DNA of 64,000 bases from a bacterium (GTDB lineage: Bacteria > RBG-13-61-14 > DATKZS01): positions 928,001-992,000 of the forward strand of contig CAXXFL010000007.1 of assembly GCA_963674965.2 (NCBI GenBank). The letters are read 5' to 3'. The position numbers were made by a program, and so were the translations under genes. The notes below the pieces were generated by a model that saw only the letters and a list, made by a program, of their open reading frames with translations, had not been told where the DNA came from and searched no databases. The number at the start of each line of letters is the position of its first letter. Position 1 is the first letter of the stretch. Below are positions 1-10,578 of the stretch, piece by piece.

Positions 1-812
1 TCCTCCACCTTGTACACCCGGTGGCCGAAGCCCATGACCCGCTCTTTCCTGGCCAGCAGGCCGTCAATGTAATCGTCCACGTCCTCGGGCCTTCCTATCT
101 CGGTCAACATCTGCATGACGCGCTGGTTGGCCCCCCCATGCAGCGGCCCCATCAGGGTCCCGATGGCGGTGGTCACGGCGGCGTACATATCGGCCAGGGT
201 GCCGGCGGTGACGCGGGCGGCGAAGGTCGAGGCGTTGAACCCGTGCTCGGCGTGCAGGATGAACATAAGCTCGATGGCGTTAACCTCCTCCCCGGTCACC
301 TCCCGGCCGAGGAACATGCGAAGGAAGTTCTCGGGCAGTCCCTTTTTGTGGTCAGGCTCGAGAAGGGGCAGGCCCTGAGCCGCCCGGTGATAGGCGGCGA
401 TAATGGTTGGAATCTTGGCCGTGAGCCTGATGGCCTTGTTCCGGTTGGCGCGGGGCGAGTCCTCCAGGGCCTCGCGGTCGTAAATGGCCAGGTCCGAAAC
501 GGCCGAGCGAAGAACGACCATGGGATGAGTTTTCTTCGGTATCCTTTTGAGCCAGGCCATAAGAGGCTGGGGCAGGTTCATCTCCATGATGAGCTCGGTC
601 CGCAGGAACTCGAGCTCCTTGCTGGTGGGAAGCTCGTCCTCCCAGAGGAGGTGGACCACCTCGACGTAGCTCGCCTTGGCGGCCAGCTCGTTAACGTCGA
701 AACCGCGGTAGTAAAGCTTGCCGTTTATTCCGTCAACGTAGCCGACCCTGGTCTCGGCGGCTATGACGCCCTCCAGTCCTCTCGTGGCGAGCGGTCTCGT
801 TTCCTCCGCCAT
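1..812 (-). CDS. gltA: Citrate synthase (or 2-methylcitrate synthase); 3' end runs off the window
   Basis: Not in ORF track. Manual minus-strand translation from ATG at 812 (RBS GGAGAGGAAAGGA) gives MAEETRPLATRGLEGVIAAET...KLYYRG...LHAEHGFNASTF...GPLHGGAN...MGFGHRVYK, the citrate synthase catalytic motifs. Confidence 0.93.
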   Translation of the reverse strand, partial: MAEETRPLATRGLEGVIAAETRVGYVDGINGKLYYRGFDVNELAAKASYVEVVHLLWEDELPTSKELEFLRTELIMEMNLPQPLMAWLKRIPKKTHPMVVLRSAVSDLAIYDREALEDSPRANRNKAIRLTAKIPTIIAAYHRAAQGLPLLEPDHKKGLPENFLRMFLGREVTGEEVNAIELMFILHAEHGFNASTFAARVTAGTLADMYAAVTTAIGTLMGPLHGGANQRVMQMLTEIGRPEDVDDYIDGLLARKERVMGFGHRVYKVE

Positions 813-857
813 GTCCTTTCCTCTCCTTCTCAGGCCCGGGCGCGGGTCCCAGAATTG

Positions 858-2783
858 CTAGACCGCGCGGGCCTTGATGTAGTTTAACAGCCCCCCCGCG
901 AGAAGGACCTCGCGGTTCCTCCCGGTAAGGACGCACTTTACGGCTATTTGGTTACCTTGAGTCTGGTTGGTTACCTTGGGCGTCCCGCCGGACTCGAGGC
1001 CCTCCCGGATATTTTCCACCTTGATAATGTCGCCCTGGTTGATTTTATCGTAGGCTTCCTCCTCCAGCTCGAAGGGAATAATGCCGAAGTTTATCAGGTT
1101 GGCCTTGTGAATCCTGGCGAAGCTCACGGCCAGGACGGCCTTGATTCCCAGGTACATGGGGGCCAGGGCCGCGTGTTCCCTCGAGCTGCCCTGGCCGTAG
1201 TTCTCCCGTCCCACTATCACGCTTTGCCCGGCTTTCCTGGCCCGCTCGGCGAAGGTGGGGTCCACGTTGGCGTACACGAACTCGGCTATCCCCGGGATGT
1301 TGGAGCGGAGGGGAAGAATTTTCGGTCCCGCCGGCATGATGTGATCGGTGGTTATATTGTCCTCGACCTTGAGCAGCGCCTCGCCCGCGAACTCGTCCGC
1401 TGGCGGTTCATTCAGGGGCAGGGGCTTGATGTTCGGCCCCCTTACTACCTCGACGCTCGAGGGATCGTCCGCCGGCTGGATCAGCATCGAGTCGTCGATG
1501 GTAAAGGACCCCGGCCAGGGAACGTCGGGGTATTGGCCCAGCTCGCGGGGGTCGGTCAGCTTTCCGGCCAGGGCCGTGGCCGCCGCCGTCTCGGGGCTGA
1601 CGAGGTAAACCAGGTCGTTCTTCGTGCCCGACCTGCCGGCGAAGTTGCGGTTATAGGACCTGACCGAATGGACGCCCGTGCCGGGAGCGCTGCCCATGCC
1701 GATGCACCCGTCGCAGGCGGACTCGAGTATCCTCGCGCCGGCGGCCACGAAGGTTGCCAGCGCTCCGTTTTCCGCCAACATGCGGAGTACCTGTTTGGAG
1801 CCGGGCGTAATATTGAAGCTCACGTGCTCGGGGACCTTTTTGCCCTCGAGCATTCTGGCCACGATCATCAGCTCGCGAAAGGATGAGTTGGTACACGAGC
1901 CGATGTTGACCTGCCTGACCTCGGGCACGTCCACGTCCTTGACCTTGGCCACGTTGTCCGGGCTTTGGGGCCGGGCCACCAGGGGCTCGAGCTCGGAGAG
2001 GTCAATCTCGATCAGTTCATCATACTCGGCGTCCTCGTCGGGCGCGAGGGGCAGGTAGTCCTTTTCCCGCCCCTGCATCTTGAAGTATTGTCGGGTCACG
2101 TCGTCGCTGGGAAAGATCGAGCAGGTGGCGCCCGTCTCGGCGCCCATGTTGGTGATGGTCCCTCTTTCGGGCGCGTGCAGGGTGGAGACGCCGGGGCCGT
2201 GGTACTCGATGATCTTGCCGACTCCCCCCTTCACGGAAATGAGGCGAAGGACCTCGAGAATAACGTCCTTGGCCGTCACCCAGGGCGAGAGTTTGCCCGT
2301 CAGCCTGACTCCCAGAATCCTGGGACAGGTCGTGTAAAAAGGGCCGCCCCCCATGGCCACGGCCACGTCCAGCCCGCCGGCCCCGATGGCTATCATGCCC
2401 GCGCCGCCGCAGGTGGGGGTGTGGGAGTCCGAGCCAAGGAGGGTCTTTCCGGGAACGGAGAAGCGCTCGAGGTGGACCTGGTGGCAAATGCCGTTGCCGG
2501 GCTTGGAGAAGATTATCCCGTGGGCCTTGGCGAAGGTCTGGAGGAAGAGGTGGTCGTCCATGTTCTCGAAGCCGGTCTGAAGCATGTTGTGGTCAACGTA
2601 GCTCACGGCCAACTCGGCCTTGACCTTGGGAATGCCCATGGCCTCGAACTGGAGGTCCGCCATGGTCCCGGTCGCGTCCTGGAGAAGGCACTGGTCTATT
2701 CTGATCCCGATTTCCTTGCCCGGCTCCAGTTCTCCCTCCACCAGGTGAGCTTTAAGTATTTTATGCGCGAGAGTGCCCTTCAT
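858..2783 (-). CDS. Aconitate hydratase (single-chain, mitochondrial-like type)
   Basis: QDATG, GICHQ, GSDSHT, GSCTN, CDGCIG, TTDHI and GSSREHA motifs. Start moved to MKGTLAHK (2783) after GGAGAGGAG. Confidence 0.93.
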   Translation of the reverse strand: MKGTLAHKILKAHLVEGELEPGKEIGIRIDQCLLQDATGTMADLQFEAMGIPKVKAELAVSYVDHNMLQTGFENMDDHLFLQTFAKAHGIIFSKPGNGICHQVHLERFSVPGKTLLGSDSHTPTCGGAGMIAIGAGGLDVAVAMGGGPFYTTCPRILGVRLTGKLSPWVTAKDVILEVLRLISVKGGVGKIIEYHGPGVSTLHAPERGTITNMGAETGATCSIFPSDDVTRQYFKMQGREKDYLPLAPDEDAEYDELIEIDLSELEPLVARPQSPDNVAKVKDVDVPEVRQVNIGSCTNSSFRELMIVARMLEGKKVPEHVSFNITPGSKQVLRMLAENGALATFVAAGARILESACDGCIGMGSAPGTGVHSVRSYNRNFAGRSGTKNDLVYLVSPETAAATALAGKLTDPRELGQYPDVPWPGSFTIDDSMLIQPADDPSSVEVVRGPNIKPLPLNEPPADEFAGEALLKVEDNITTDHIMPAGPKILPLRSNIPGIAEFVYANVDPTFAERARKAGQSVIVGRENYGQGSSREHAALAPMYLGIKAVLAVSFARIHKANLINFGIIPFELEEEAYDKINQGDIIKVENIREGLESGGTPKVTNQTQGNQIAVKCVLTGRNREVLLAGGLLNYIKARAV

Positions 2784-3076
2784 TATCTCTCCTCTCCCCG
2801 TCGCCCCGCCCACGGCGAGACGCCGATTCAGGCGGGTGAAAATTCCCGGTCCCGTCCTCGTATATCAAGTTTCTATTCATTCATATGATCGAAAAGTGTC
2901 GCCCCTTGAGAACCGGATAAGTCGAATATAGCATCTGAAAACCACTCGTCAAGGAATGAACCGTTAAAAGCGCCGGGCGCGCGTGGTCTTGGTCAAGCGT
3001 GAATCGAGGCGACGCGGCCCGCTCGCCCCGGCATTACCGGGGCAAGGGGCCGGCCGAATTAATTAATGGAAGGACT

Positions 3077-4471
3077 TTATTCCGCCGTGGGTTCGGTCTG
3101 TCTTCTCAGGTCCAGTACCTTGTCCAACTCGTTCTCGGGAAGGAGTTTCTTCTCGCGTGAAAGCTCGCGCACGGTCTTGCCGGACTTGAAGGCCTCCTTG
3201 GCCAGTTCCGCCGCCTTGTCGTATCCGATAATGGGCGCCATGGCCGTGGCCAGCATAAGGGACTGCTCGTTCATGGCCTCGATGCGGGCCGTATTGGCCT
3301 TGAGGTCTTTCACCAGCCTGTCGGCGAAGTTGGCGGACGCCCTGGCCAGGACGTTGATGGACTCGAGCAGGTTTTTGGCGATGAGGGGAAGCATGACGTT
3401 TAGCTCGAAGTTACCGTAGAGGCCGCCCAGGGTGACGGCCGCGTCGTTGGCTATGACCTGGACGCTCGCCATGATGAGGGACTCGGCGATGACGGGGTTG
3501 ACCTTGCCGGGCATGATGGACGAGCCGGGCTGGACCGCCGGTATCTCGAGTTCGCCAAGGCCCAGACGGGGACCGGAGCCGAGGAACCTTATGTCGTTGG
3601 CTATTTTGACGAGGCTTTGGGCCACCGTCTTGAGGGCGGCGCTCATGTGGACGGCGCCGTCCCTGGCCGCCTGGGCCTCGAAGTGGTTTTTGGCCTCGGT
3701 CAGGGGAACGCCGGTCAACTCGGAGAGCTTTTTGGCCATCCTGGCCCCGAACTCGGGATGGGTGTTGATGCCCGTGCCCACGGCCGTGCCGCCGATGGCC
3801 AACTCGCAAAGGTGAGGCATGGCGTCCTTCACGTGTCCTATCCCGTGCTCGACCTGGCTTGCGTAACCCGAAAATACCTGGCCCAGCCTGATTGGCGTGG
3901 CGTCCTGAAGATGGGTCCTCCCCGTCTTGACGATGGGGTCGAAATCCCTGGCCTTGTCCGCCAGGGCGGCGCGCAGTTTCTCGAGGGAGGGAATAAGAAG
4001 CTCGGTAACCTTGACGGCCGCGGCCAGGTGGATGGCGGTGGGAAACACGTCGTTCGAGGACTGGCCCATGTTGACGTGGTCGTTGGGATGGACCGGGCTC
4101 CTGCTCCCGACCTTGCCGCCCAGTATCTGGATGGCCCGGTTCGAGACGACCTCGTTGGCGTTCATGTTGCTCGAGGTGCCCGAGCCCGTCTGGTAGACGT
4201 CCACCGGGAAGTCGTCGTCCAGCTTGCCCTCGATAACTTCCTCGCCCGCCTTGACGATGGCCTCGGCCAGCTTGGGATCGAGCTTGCCCAGGTCCATGTT
4301 GACCTGGGCCGCGCACTTCTTGATCATGCCCATGGCCATTATCATCTCGCGTCCTATGCCCATGCCCGAGACCGGAAAGTTGGCCACGGCCCTGGCGGTC
4401 TGGGCGCCGTAGAGTTTTTCTTCCGGTACCTCGAACTCTCCCATCGAGTCCTTTTCAATCCTTACTCCCAT
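3077..4471 (-). CDS. fumC: Class II fumarate hydratase
   Basis: TGSGTSSNMN, GRTHLQDA and GSSIMPGKVNP signatures. Confidence 0.95.
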   Translation of the reverse strand: MGVRIEKDSMGEFEVPEEKLYGAQTARAVANFPVSGMGIGREMIMAMGMIKKCAAQVNMDLGKLDPKLAEAIVKAGEEVIEGKLDDDFPVDVYQTGSGTSSNMNANEVVSNRAIQILGGKVGSRSPVHPNDHVNMGQSSNDVFPTAIHLAAAVKVTELLIPSLEKLRAALADKARDFDPIVKTGRTHLQDATPIRLGQVFSGYASQVEHGIGHVKDAMPHLCELAIGGTAVGTGINTHPEFGARMAKKLSELTGVPLTEAKNHFEAQAARDGAVHMSAALKTVAQSLVKIANDIRFLGSGPRLGLGELEIPAVQPGSSIMPGKVNPVIAESLIMASVQVIANDAAVTLGGLYGNFELNVMLPLIAKNLLESINVLARASANFADRLVKDLKANTARIEAMNEQSLMLATAMAPIIGYDKAAELAKEAFKSGKTVRELSREKKLLPENELDKVLDLRRQTEPTAE

Positions 4472-4618
4472 TTTGTCCTCCTTCTGGCCGCGTCCGAGTT
4501 TTTACGCGGTATTATTTTACTGGCGTTCCCGGGGCCCCCGCCCTTCAAGAATGATCGTTATCCGGGATATTGTAACCAGCAATGGCCCAAGGGAGCAAGT
4601 AATATCAAGGAATCATCG

Positions 4619-5310
4619 TCATTTGGCTTCCATCCTCGCCGCGCGTTTCCAGCCGCGGCTCACCAGCAGGAAAAGGGCGGGCACGGCGAAGAAGGCGAAG
4701 ACCGTTGAAATGATCACGCCTCCCATGGTGGCGACGGCCAGGGGGGTGAGGAATTCCGTTCCCGACCCTCCCAAGGCCTGGGGCAAAATCCCGGCCACGA
4801 TGGCGGCGTTGGTCATGAATATGGCCCGGAACCTTTGCACGCAGGCGTCGCGCACTCCGTCGGCCAGGGACGACTCGCGCTCTTTCAGTTTTTGAAGCGC
4901 GTAGTCGATGATAAGGATGCCGTTGTTGACCACTATTCCCACCAGCATGACCACGGCCATCATGCTCATGATGTTGAGGGAGGCGCCGGAGAAGAAGAGG
5001 GCGACGATGACTCCGGCGGCGCCGAGGGGCACGGTCACGAGAATGGTGAGGGGATGGATCAGGGAGTCGAGTATGGCGGACAGGAGCATGTAGGTCAGGA
5101 TGATGGCCAGGACCAGGGCCACGAGGATGTTCCGCCTGGTTTCCTCGAGTTCCTCGGACGATCCCGTGAACTCGTAGTCCTTGCCCAGTTCCCATCCGGC
5201 CTCCTTGAATTTCCCGGTCAGTTTTTGCTGCGCCGTGGACAGGGTCCCGTGGGAGATGTAGGACCTCCTGAGAGTATTCGCGCCCTTGTCCTGGCGCGCC
5301 GCTGAGTTTG
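4619..5310 (-). pseudogene. C-terminal fragment of an AcrB/AcrD/AcrF-family RND permease
   Basis: Only about 230 aa with GIVVNNGILIIDY, RFRAIFMT, ILPQAL and PLAVATMGG (last TM helices). No N-terminal ~800 aa, no convincing start; 5' limit approximate. Confidence 0.7.
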
Positions 5311-5534
5311 TGCCAGGGCCATCAAGTCCTCCAAGTATACAATATTTATTTACATAGTTTATATAACTTCCCGTGCGTTTCAAGCCCGCGGCCGGAAACG
5401 AAAGGATCAAGCCGCGTCATATTAAAAGGAAGCGATGGGCGAGCCGCAAGTGGCGGTCACCGTGCTTGTATCACGCGTCCGGCGCGGGCCTGGAGCGAAT
5501 AATTTCCGAGGCCCGCTTGGGCGAATGTTTGGGG

Positions 5535-7301
5535 TTAAAAGGGAAGGTCGCCGGGTTCTCCGTCCTCGTTCCATCCGCGCAGGCGGTAATAGTCCGATAC
5601 CAGGCGGGCGAGGTCGGACTCGGTTATCGAGGCCCCGGTGGGGTCCATCTTCCTATTGTAAAAGGCCCTGGGCAGGGAGTCTTCGGCCCTGGTCATTCCC
5701 TCCCTCAAGTTGAAGGCCCGGGAAAGGGAGACGACGTTCGAGGCGATTTTCGCGAGTCCTTCTTTATCCAGGTCCATGCCCGCGGATGCTTTTACCAGGG
5801 TGGCCAGCTCGTCCCAGAGGATGACGTCGCGGTGGAAGCGGCACAGGATCATGGTATCGAAGAGGGTGCAGCGGTCCTCGAAGTCGAGGAACGCCGCGGC
5901 CTTGTTCTCGAGCTCGTCGGGCGGGCTGATACCGGCTATCTCGGCCTTGTAAAAGGTCGTCCTCAAATGGCAGGCGCCCCGGTCGGACACGGCGTAGGCC
6001 AGGCCCATGCCCTTGAGAGGACGCGGGTCGTATCCCGCGGGCTCGAGGCCCTTGACGTGGATGGCCTCGTCCTCGAGTTCCCAGGTCCGGGCGGCGTGGA
6101 CGATGCCCCGGGCCAGGACGTCGCCTATTCCCTCCCTCCTGGAGATCATGCCGAGAAGCTCGGCCGAGGCGTCCACGTCGCCGAACTCGATGGGATAGTC
6201 TATGGCCCCGAGCTCGCGGGCCCGCATGGCGAAGCCCACCAGGTTGCCGCCGGTGATGGTGTCGACGCCCATGGAGTTGCAAAGGTCGTTGAGGTAGATG
6301 ATCTCCTCCAGGTCCTCGATCATGCACAGTCCGCCAAAGGCGTAGATGGTCTCGTACTCGGGTCCCTCGATTTTCAGCCCCTTATGGCGGCCGTGAAGGA
6401 CCTCGCTGTTTTGGGTGCAGGCCATGAAGCAGCGGGGACAGGCCTTGGCCGAGACCTTGCACCGCTCGAGGAGAACGTCGCCGCTGAGTTTTTCTTCCCA
6501 GTCATCGCGGCTTCCCCGAGTCCAATAGCGGGTGGGAAAAATATTCAGCGAGTTGGCCACTTTCACCATCTGGGTGGTGCCGTACTTCTTGTAAGCCTTG
6601 ACGCCGGGGTTGTCCTTGCCGATCTCGATCATGTATTTCCAATGGCGACCCAGAAGCGACTCGTCCGCGGCCTCTCTTTTAACGCTCCCACGGAAGGAAA
6701 TGGCCTTGATCTTCTTCGAGCCCATTACCGCGCCCACCCCCGCGCGGCCGGCGCAATGAAACTTGCCGTTAATGATATTGGCGAAGCCCACCAAATTTTC
6801 TCCGCCCGGGCCGATGACGCAGGCGGCGGCTTTCTTGTCGCCCAGTCTTTCCAGCACGAGGTCCTCGGTCTCGTAGACGGACTTTCCCCACAGGTCGCCG
6901 GCGTCGTGGAAGGACGCTCCCCGGTCGGACACGTCGATCCAGACGGGGGAGTCCGAGGCGCCCTGGAAGACGACGGCGTCGAAGCCGGTACGGCTTATCC
7001 GGTCCGCGACTTTGCCTCCCGAGTAGGACTCGACGTAGAGTCCGGTCAGGGGCGACTTGGTAAAGACGCCGTAGCGGGCGGACCCGTGGACCCGCAGGTC
7101 GGTCATGGGTCCGACGGCGAAGATGAGCCGGTTTTCGGGGGAAAAGGGGTCAACGCCGGCGGGGTTGTGCCTGAGGAGGAGCCAGGTGGCGAGTCCCTTG
7201 CCTCCGAGCAGGTTCTGGTAGACCTTGTCCTGGATTTCCTCGACCGCCGTCTCCCGGGTGGAGGCGTTGACGATCAGGACCTTGTTGAAAAATCCATGCA
7301 T
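5535..7301 (-). CDS. Aldehyde:ferredoxin oxidoreductase family (W/Mo-pterin)
   Basis: LGGKGL, KSPLTG, AGRAGVGAVMGSKKIKA, CxxCxxxC, EGPEYET, DTITGG and RGACH motifs; likely start MHGFFNK. Confidence 0.92.
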   Translation of the reverse strand: MHGFFNKVLIVNASTRETAVEEIQDKVYQNLLGGKGLATWLLLRHNPAGVDPFSPENRLIFAVGPMTDLRVHGSARYGVFTKSPLTGLYVESYSGGKVADRISRTGFDAVVFQGASDSPVWIDVSDRGASFHDAGDLWGKSVYETEDLVLERLGDKKAAACVIGPGGENLVGFANIINGKFHCAGRAGVGAVMGSKKIKAISFRGSVKREAADESLLGRHWKYMIEIGKDNPGVKAYKKYGTTQMVKVANSLNIFPTRYWTRGSRDDWEEKLSGDVLLERCKVSAKACPRCFMACTQNSEVLHGRHKGLKIEGPEYETIYAFGGLCMIEDLEEIIYLNDLCNSMGVDTITGGNLVGFAMRARELGAIDYPIEFGDVDASAELLGMISRREGIGDVLARGIVHAARTWELEDEAIHVKGLEPAGYDPRPLKGMGLAYAVSDRGACHLRTTFYKAEIAGISPPDELENKAAAFLDFEDRCTLFDTMILCRFHRDVILWDELATLVKASAGMDLDKEGLAKIASNVVSLSRAFNLREGMTRAEDSLPRAFYNRKMDPTGASITESDLARLVSDYYRLRGWNEDGEPGDLPF

Positions 7302-7356
7302 GGCGCGGTGAATAAAGGGCTCCGGCGGGGCCAGAGGCCCCGCCGGAGCGAGCAAG

Positions 7357-9048
7357 TTAGGCGAAGGCCGCGAAGTGCTTTTGCTTGCTCACCGTGGCGT
7401 CGATGAGCGAGGGTTTGCCGTTGTTGATCGCCTCGTGGAAGGCGGGCTTCAAGTCCTCGGCCTTTTCTATCTTGTAGGCCTCGAGCCCGATGGACTTGGC
7501 GATGTCGGGGAAGTTGATGGGCGCGTACTCGGTGGCCAGTCTCCGGTCGTCGGGCTGGTAGTCCATCACGTTGCCCAGGACGGAGTTGTTCATGACCACG
7601 TAGGTGACGGGAACGTTCAGGTCCTTGGCCATCTCGAGCCCGTAGAGCTGGAGCTGCATTCCGCCGTCGCCCATGACCGCGACCACCTTCTTGTCCCTGG
7701 CGTGGAGCTGGGCCGCGATGGAGGCGGTCACGCTCCAGCCGATGGGCGTGACGCCGGCGGGGATGATGGTCTGGCCGGGGGCCTTGGACTGGAAGTGCTT
7801 GCCCATCCACACCTTGTTGTTTCCGCCGTCCATGACGATGAGGACGTCCTCGCCCACCGAGTCGTTCAGGTCCTTGACCAGGCGCTCGGGCGCGGTGGGG
7901 GAGTCGTCCGCCTTCATCTGGGGATGGTTGAAGAAGTTCTTCTCGGCTTTCTCCTTTTTGATCGCCGCCACCCTGGCCGCCACGTCTATCTTGGGCGCCC
8001 TGTCCTTCACGGCCTCGAGGACCATGCGCATGGCCAGCTTGGCGTCGGAGACCGCGCCGATCTCGACCGGATACGTGAAGCCCACGTCCAGCGGCTCGAT
8101 GCTGATCTGGATGATCTTCTGCTTGGCGGGATCGATCCAGTCCGCGGCGAGCATTTTATTGTTTTCCGGGGCCAGGCCCGTGCCCATGGCCAGGATCACG
8201 TCGGCTCCTCTTACCCTGTCGTTGGCCGCGGCCTGTCCGAAGTTCCCGGTGGTGCCAAGGGCGAGGTCGTGGACCTCGGGCAGGGTGCTTTTTCCGAGCA
8301 GGCTGGTGGCCACGGGTATGCCCAGGGTCTCGGCCAGCTCCTTCAGCTCGGCGTAGGCCTTGGACATGTGGACGCCCATGCCCGAGATGATGAGCGGGTT
8401 TTTCGCCTGGATAAGCATGTCGGCTATCTTCTCGGCGTCGGAGGCCGAAAGGCAGGGCGGACTGACGTTCAGGTACCCGTTCACGTTATGAAGGGGCGGC
8501 GTTATGGCGGCCTCGTCGATCTCCGAGGTGATCACGTTCCACCTGGCTATGACGGCGGTTGGGCCGGGCTTGCCGGTGGTGGCGTGCTTGATGGCGAGCT
8601 GCACGCCGTGGATGTACTCGGAGGGGCTGTGAGCCACGGTGGTGTACTTGGTCATGCCCTTAAAGATGGCGGGGAAGTCCAGGGACCCGTATTCTCCGCT
8701 TCCGCACTGATAGGGCATATGCTGCACCAGTCCTCCATAGTCGGAGAACTCGGCCAGCACCACCATGGGGGAACCGGCGTGGAAAGCCTCCATGATGCCA
8801 AGGCCCGCGCTCGATGCCAGCCAGGCCCCCTGGGCCAGGATAACGCCCGGCTTGCCCGAGAGCCTTCCGTACATGTCGGCCATGCCCGAGGCGCACTGCT
8901 CGTTCCGAACCAGCACGGTGTTGATCTTGTCCTTCCTGTCGAACAGGGGGTCGAACATGAACATGTTGCTGCCCCCCGGCATCCCGAACACGTACTCGAT
9001 CCCGGCGTCGATAAGAATATCCGCCACGATGTCCCTTGTTTTAGCCAT
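7357..9048 (-). CDS. Thiamine-pyrophosphate-dependent enzyme (acetolactate synthase/decarboxylase-like fold)
   Basis: FGMPGG, VRNEQ catalytic Glu, and GDGG...NN TPP motif. Confidence 0.88.
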   Translation of the reverse strand: MAKTRDIVADILIDAGIEYVFGMPGGSNMFMFDPLFDRKDKINTVLVRNEQCASGMADMYGRLSGKPGVILAQGAWLASSAGLGIMEAFHAGSPMVVLAEFSDYGGLVQHMPYQCGSGEYGSLDFPAIFKGMTKYTTVAHSPSEYIHGVQLAIKHATTGKPGPTAVIARWNVITSEIDEAAITPPLHNVNGYLNVSPPCLSASDAEKIADMLIQAKNPLIISGMGVHMSKAYAELKELAETLGIPVATSLLGKSTLPEVHDLALGTTGNFGQAAANDRVRGADVILAMGTGLAPENNKMLAADWIDPAKQKIIQISIEPLDVGFTYPVEIGAVSDAKLAMRMVLEAVKDRAPKIDVAARVAAIKKEKAEKNFFNHPQMKADDSPTAPERLVKDLNDSVGEDVLIVMDGGNNKVWMGKHFQSKAPGQTIIPAGVTPIGWSVTASIAAQLHARDKKVVAVMGDGGMQLQLYGLEMAKDLNVPVTYVVMNNSVLGNVMDYQPDDRRLATEYAPINFPDIAKSIGLEAYKIEKAEDLKPAFHEAINNGKPSLIDATVSKQKHFAAFA

Positions 9049-9111
9049 AATCCAGCCTCCTTAAAATCTTTTTTTATCAGGGTGAAGGCCCGAAGGCCTC
9101 GCGCTTCCCCA

Positions 9112-10575
9112 TTAATCGGCGCGGCCGTGAGACGCGCTCGCGGCCCTCGCCCACTTTACAAGCTCGGAGTCGGGTCCTGAAAGCTCCGCGACTCGGGTTA
9201 TTTTCTCGCTTGCCCTGGCCTTGTCTCCCATCCTCGAGTAAGCCTTGGCCAAGAAGGCGCTTGTTCTAGCCTCCATGGCGGGAAGAAGCTCGAACTCTAT
9301 CTCCCGCCTCATCCAGGCCTCCATCTCGGGAACGATAATGGAACCGGTTTGGAAAAGCTCCGAAATTGCCTCGAGAATTTCCACGCCCGGCCGCGTGGAC
9401 TCGAGGACGTCGGGGAGAATCGAAAATACGCCGCCCTTAACGTACAAGGCCGCCAGCTCGGAAAGATCGGGCCGGGCCGGGACCTGGCCAATCCGGCCCA
9501 GGTAGCGCATGGCTTTTTTTGTAAGAAAAATCGGCTCCGAAAAACCCGGAGACTCGAGGGCCCTGAAGATATAGGTCAAGGCCGCCGCCGCGTTGAAAAG
9601 GCCCCTGGCGGTTGGATTGGGTATATGTTCCTCGACGAGCGCCTCGGCCGCGCGGGCGCCGTCCATGGCCAGGACGGAGGCGATTAACGCCGGCATGAGC
9701 CGCTTTTTTTCCTTTGCGGCCGCGGACGCCAGCGTTTTAGCCGCCCCTTGCCCGTCTCCCTTGATGGCCAGATAGGCGGCCAGCGCGAAGGTTTCGGTGG
9801 GGGCCTCGTCGGGCAACTCCTTCCCCTCGAGGGGAAGGACGTTGAGGAAGACGAGGTCTCCCGGTATCTCGTCCAGGCTGCGGATGGCGTTTTGGCTGAT
9901 GGTCCTGGCCTTGCGGCCCCGGAACAGTGAAATCAAGGCGTCCAGGGTCTCGTCTCCCTCGGTCATCAGCTTCACCGCCTCGCGAGTGGAAACGTCGCCC
10001 AAAATGGACCTGGTAAAAAGCTTGACGTCCGCGTCGACCGCCTTCTCAATGGCCTCCCTGTAGATGCGCACCGTGGAGAGGGAATGGTCGAAGGGAATGC
10101 CCATCTCCCCCCGCCTCCGCATGACCTCGATGATTTTAACGTCGATGGGGTCGTAATACCTGACGCCGTCCTTTATATAAGGCCTGACGACGCCCTCCTC
10201 CGCCAGGGCCAGGATATGGTCCAGGGGGTATCCGCACCGGCGCTCGATCTTGGACTCGGGAACTGGCCTGGCTTTCTCCGACACCAGGCTCTGTTTGAAA
10301 ATGGCCTTGCCGAAGTTGACGTCGTCCTCGAAGGTGTCGCCCGAGTCGATCATGCGCCTTATGACCTCGAGGGGCAGGAACTTTTCCTTTTGCAGCTTCT
10401 TGATTCGATGTATCCTGTCTATGGAGGACTCGTCGTAATAGGCCATGGTCTTGCCGGTCTTGACGGGCTTGGGAATAAGGCCCTCGTTGACGTAGTGCTT
10501 GATGGTGGCTGGCGACACTCCGGCCTTTTGGGCGAGCTCGCTAATGCGGAGCATATTTTTCTTGTCGGCCTTCAT
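9112..10575 (-). CDS. MerR-family regulator with long helical C-terminal region
   Basis: LRISELAQKAGVSPATIKHYVNEGLI HTH, then KTGKTMAYYD. Confidence 0.85.
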   Translation of the reverse strand: MKADKKNMLRISELAQKAGVSPATIKHYVNEGLIPKPVKTGKTMAYYDESSIDRIHRIKKLQKEKFLPLEVIRRMIDSGDTFEDDVNFGKAIFKQSLVSEKARPVPESKIERRCGYPLDHILALAEEGVVRPYIKDGVRYYDPIDVKIIEVMRRRGEMGIPFDHSLSTVRIYREAIEKAVDADVKLFTRSILGDVSTREAVKLMTEGDETLDALISLFRGRKARTISQNAIRSLDEIPGDLVFLNVLPLEGKELPDEAPTETFALAAYLAIKGDGQGAAKTLASAAAKEKKRLMPALIASVLAMDGARAAEALVEEHIPNPTARGLFNAAAALTYIFRALESPGFSEPIFLTKKAMRYLGRIGQVPARPDLSELAALYVKGGVFSILPDVLESTRPGVEILEAISELFQTGSIIVPEMEAWMRREIEFELLPAMEARTSAFLAKAYSRMGDKARASEKITRVAELSGPDSELVKWARAASASHGRAD

Positions 10576-10578
10576 GAT

